Shown: one piece after another, positions 34,531-37,264 of the stretch
Layout: every line of letters starts with the position of its first letter
Numbering within the stretch: position 1 is the stretch's first letter
Assembly (NCBI GenBank): GCA_002763115.1
Contig: PFCW01000001.1
Coordinates: forward strand, 44,491-81,754
Length of the DNA: 37,264 bases
Direction: 5' to 3'
DNA from: Candidatus Pacearchaeota archaeon CG10_big_fil_rev_8_21_14_0_10_31_59
GTDB taxonomy: Archaea > Nanobdellota > Nanobdellia > Pacearchaeales > CG1-02-31-27
Program-made: the position numbers and the translations under genes
Notes under the pieces: generated by a model
What the model was told of the DNA's origin: nothing
The model's input: only the letters and a program-made list of their open reading frames with translations
Database searches by the model: none

Positions 34531-35511
34531 ATGGCTAAGGAAAAAAGCAGGTTTAGTTCGAGCAGTATATGGACAGAAAAATATCGTCCGGATAATTTTG
34601 ATGATTTGACTATAGGGCATGAAAATCTTATTAAAAGAGCCAGAGCATTTGTTACAAGCAAAAATATGCCCCATTTGTTGTTCGCCGGTCCTGCTGGATG
34701 CGGAAAAACAACTTTGGCTTTGATTATTGTCAAGGAGCTTTATGGCAAGAATCGGCGAGAGAATTTTCTTGAATTGAACGCTTCTGATGCAAGAGGCATT
34801 GACGTTGTAAGGCAGCAAATCAAAAGTTTTGCAAGAGTTCACAGTTTGGGAGATGTTCCCTTCAAAATTATTTTTTTGGATGAAAGCGATGCATTAACAA
34901 AGGAAGCACAGCAGGCATTAAGAAGAACAATGGAAAATTATACTGAAACCTGCAGATTTATTTTAAGCTGCAATTATTCGTCTAAATTAATAGACCCAAT
35001 TCAATCAAGATGTGCTGTATTCAGATTCAAGTTAATAGACAAAAAAGACATTGACGAGAAAATTGACATTATTGCAAAAGGCGAAAGTCTAAAAATTGAT
35101 GAGAAAGCAAAAAGTGCTTTATATGAAGTTAGCAACGGAGATTTGAGGAGAGCAATAAATCTGTTGCAGGCATCAGCTTCTGTTGACAAACATATAACAG
35201 AAAATTTAGTTTATGAAATAGCGTCAACAGTGAAACCTACACAAATAAAACATATACTCGAAAATTCTTTGGACGGAAAATTTTTGGAAGCAAGAGAGAA
35301 GCTTTTTGATTTGATGTTGAAGGAAGGTTTGTCTGGAATAGACATAATCAAGGCAATTTCTTCCCAATTAACAGAATTAAAAATTTCCAATGAAAAAAAA
35401 TTAAAAATTATCGAGAGAGTTGCAGAGGCGGAATTCAGATTAGTTGAAGGTTCTGACGAGTTTATCCAGTTGGAGGCTTTATTGGCAAGTTTTGGTGTTA
35501 TAGGGAGGTAA
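34531..35511 (+). CDS. rfcS: Replication factor C small subunit
   Basis: WTEKYRP, GPAGCGKTT (Walker A), FLDESD (Walker B), SRC motif (IQSRCAVFRF) and GDLRRAINLLQ. Confidence 0.95.
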   Translation: MAKEKSRFSSSSIWTEKYRPDNFDDLTIGHENLIKRARAFVTSKNMPHLLFAGPAGCGKTTLALIIVKELYGKNRRENFLELNASDARGIDVVRQQIKSFARVHSLGDVPFKIIFLDESDALTKEAQQALRRTMENYTETCRFILSCNYSSKLIDPIQSRCAVFRFKLIDKKDIDEKIDIIAKGESLKIDEKAKSALYEVSNGDLRRAINLLQASASVDKHITENLVYEIASTVKPTQIKHILENSLDGKFLEAREKLFDLMLKEGLSGIDIIKAISSQLTELKISNEKKLKIIERVAEAEFRLVEGSDEFIQLEALLASFGVIGR

Positions 35512-35512
35512 A

Positions 35513-36733
35513 ATGGAATCTAAACTACCTTTAACCCAAAAATACAAGCCAAAATCTCTGAGGGAAATTGTCGGTCAGGAAGAAGCAATAAAAAAACTCT
35601 CCGATTTTGTCCTGAATTATTCTAAACAGAAAAAAAAGATGGCTTTTGTTTACGGTCCATCAGGAACTGGTCTGACGTCTTCAGTTTACGGTTTAGGGAA
35701 AGATATTGATTATGAAATTTTAGAGATTAATGCGTCAGATTTAAGAAACAAGGACAGGATAGATGTTATAATAAAACCAGCAATAACACAGTATTCATTA
35801 TTCAAAAAAGGAAAAATTGTTCTGATAGATGAAATTGATTGTTTGACTGTCAAAGACAGGGGTTGTTTGCAGGAGCTCGCTAAATTAGCTGAAGGAAGTT
35901 CCTTTCCAATTATTTTATCAGCAAATGATGTATGGAACAAAAAATTAAACACAATAAGAAGCAAAACGTTATTGATAGAATTTAAAAAATTAACAATAGC
36001 ATCCATTATAAAAATTCTTGAAGAAATTGCAAGAAAAGAAGATATACAAATTGAAAAAAATGTTTTTATGGAAATAGCATCTAAATCCTCGGGAGATGTA
36101 AGAGCGGCAATAAATGATTTGCAATTACTGAGTTATATTGAACCAACATCCAAAAAAAATATTACAGAAGAGGATTTGAAAATTTTAGGTTACAGGGAAA
36201 AAAGCGAGAATATTTTCAACTCATTAAAATTAATTTTTAAATCAAAAGATATTGAAGTTGTAAAAGCATTTGACAATATCACAAGTATGAACATGGGGGA
36301 ATTTTTATTTTGGGTGGATGAAAATCTTCCTTTAGAATATAAACATAAGGATTTGGAGAAAGCTTACAATTCTCTAAGCTTGGCAGATATTTATTCAAAA
36401 AGAATAATGAATTGGCAACACTGGAGATTTTTGGTTTATATCAATTTATTTTTAACGCTTGGCGTGGCTTTAAGCAAGGAAAAAGTAAATCCGGATTATA
36501 TTTCCTATAAAAAACCCTCGAGAATTTTAAAAATGTATATTCAAAAACAAAAATCACTGAAAAAAATGGCTGTGGTTGAGAAATTAGCGAAGAAAACCCA
36601 TACAAGCATAAAAAGAGCAAGGCATGATTTTGAAATCTTTAAAATAATTTTCACAAACAGTAGTGATGAAATCAAGGAAGACTTGGCTAAAGAATTAAAA
36701 TTAAAAGAAGAAGAAATAGAAATATTAAATTAA
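35513..36733 (+). CDS. rfcL: Replication factor C large subunit (Walker A lysine absent)
   Basis: LTQKYKPKSLREIVGQEEA, YGPSGTGLTS in place of GPPGxGKT, LIDEID and GDVRAAINDLQ. Confidence 0.9.
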   Translation: MESKLPLTQKYKPKSLREIVGQEEAIKKLSDFVLNYSKQKKKMAFVYGPSGTGLTSSVYGLGKDIDYEILEINASDLRNKDRIDVIIKPAITQYSLFKKGKIVLIDEIDCLTVKDRGCLQELAKLAEGSSFPIILSANDVWNKKLNTIRSKTLLIEFKKLTIASIIKILEEIARKEDIQIEKNVFMEIASKSSGDVRAAINDLQLLSYIEPTSKKNITEEDLKILGYREKSENIFNSLKLIFKSKDIEVVKAFDNITSMNMGEFLFWVDENLPLEYKHKDLEKAYNSLSLADIYSKRIMNWQHWRFLVYINLFLTLGVALSKEKVNPDYISYKKPSRILKMYIQKQKSLKKMAVVEKLAKKTHTSIKRARHDFEIFKIIFTNSSDEIKEDLAKELKLKEEEIEILN

Positions 36734-36749
36734 AAAAATAAAAAATTAT

Positions 36750-37115
36750 TTATTGACAAGCGCTGTTTGAACATGAATCATAGCCGTTATTTTCACATTT
36801 ATATTCTGTTGCATCACATACTTTATCTGCTCTGCAATAGTATTCTTTCAAAAGCATTCCTCCTGTAGGGTCTGCTATACATTCATCACCATATGACTTA
36901 TCAGTTAATGAGGAATAGCAAACACCTTGTTTGGTTAAAACTGCACCACCGTCACTATCAGTGCACATAGCTATGTCATTAGTAGAGGCGAAACCGGCAA
37001 TCTTATCATTTAAATTTGTTATCTGAATTGATGTAAATGTTATTCCTACAATAAGCAAAACACCGATAACAAGAACGGCAAGTTTCCAGTTATCTCTTTT
37101 CGATTTATTTTTCAT
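36750..37115 (-). CDS. Membrane-anchored Cys-rich extracellular protein, hypothetical
   Basis: N-terminal TM helix, followed by 10 Cys including CTDSDGG and a C-terminal ...CSNSACQ. Confidence 0.6.
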   Translation of the reverse strand: MKNKSKRDNWKLAVLVIGVLLIVGITFTSIQITNLNDKIAGFASTNDIAMCTDSDGGAVLTKQGVCYSSLTDKSYGDECIADPTGGMLLKEYYCRADKVCDATEYKCENNGYDSCSNSACQ

Positions 37116-37176
37116 TTCAAAACCTCCTTTTAATGTAAAAATAAGAATTTTTCAATATTTAAATCTTTTTAAGAGT

Positions 37177-37264
37177 TTATCCACAACTTGCAGAAGTTGA
37201 ACTGGAAGTTGTCGAATATCCGAATCCTGCTGAAGGTGATTCAGAAGAATAAGTTTTTGAACAT
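37177..37264 (-). CDS. C-terminal fragment of a gene entering from the right edge (Ser/Thr-rich, ends ...SASCG)
   Basis: Open frame from the window edge to the TAA at 37179-37177. Only 29 codons are visible. Confidence 0.3.
   Translation of the reverse strand, partial: CSKTYSSESPSAGFGYSTTSSSTSASCG

Overview
Strongly AT-rich, gene-dense archaeal chromosome segment. Archaeal identity rests on the 16S 5' end, TFS, the Rpo7-Spt4-S24e-S27ae cluster, RFC small and large subunits, Sec61beta, NAC, an archaeal-type signal peptidase and BRE/TATA promoters. The reduced, fusion-rich proteome with many membrane-anchored proteins suggests a DPANN-like symbiont (inference). The window holds about 45 protein genes, mostly translation, replication, transcription and envelope housekeeping. 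It also holds one 16S-tRNAAla-23S operon (no 5S), RNase P RNA and four tRNAs. I saw no CRISPR array, transposase, integrase or recognisable defence island. The most unusual content is at the RNA level. Three of four tRNAs carry introns (four in total): two sit at position 59/60 in the T-loop, and tRNA-Trp is about 70 percent intron. A structured module (CCAA/TTGG stem, two AT-rich hairpins, TCTGGKCC linker) recurs in the 16S-tRNAAla spacer, inside the tRNA-Trp T-loop intron, and 3' of an orphan promoter-driven GC-rich hairpin RNA. TTAAACTT hairpins directly follow stable RNAs. The 23S peptidyl-transferase region reads GCCGUC where GAUGUC (A2503, U2504) is expected. Protein-level oddities are a signal-peptide protein with bacterial OMP-like beta-barrel features, an RFC large subunit lacking the Walker A lysine, a +1-frameshifted MinD, an NDP-sugar fusion enzyme, and a Q-rich protein ending in an orphan secretion-ATPase N-domain. 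All calls come from reading the sequence and motifs from memory; no searches were run.
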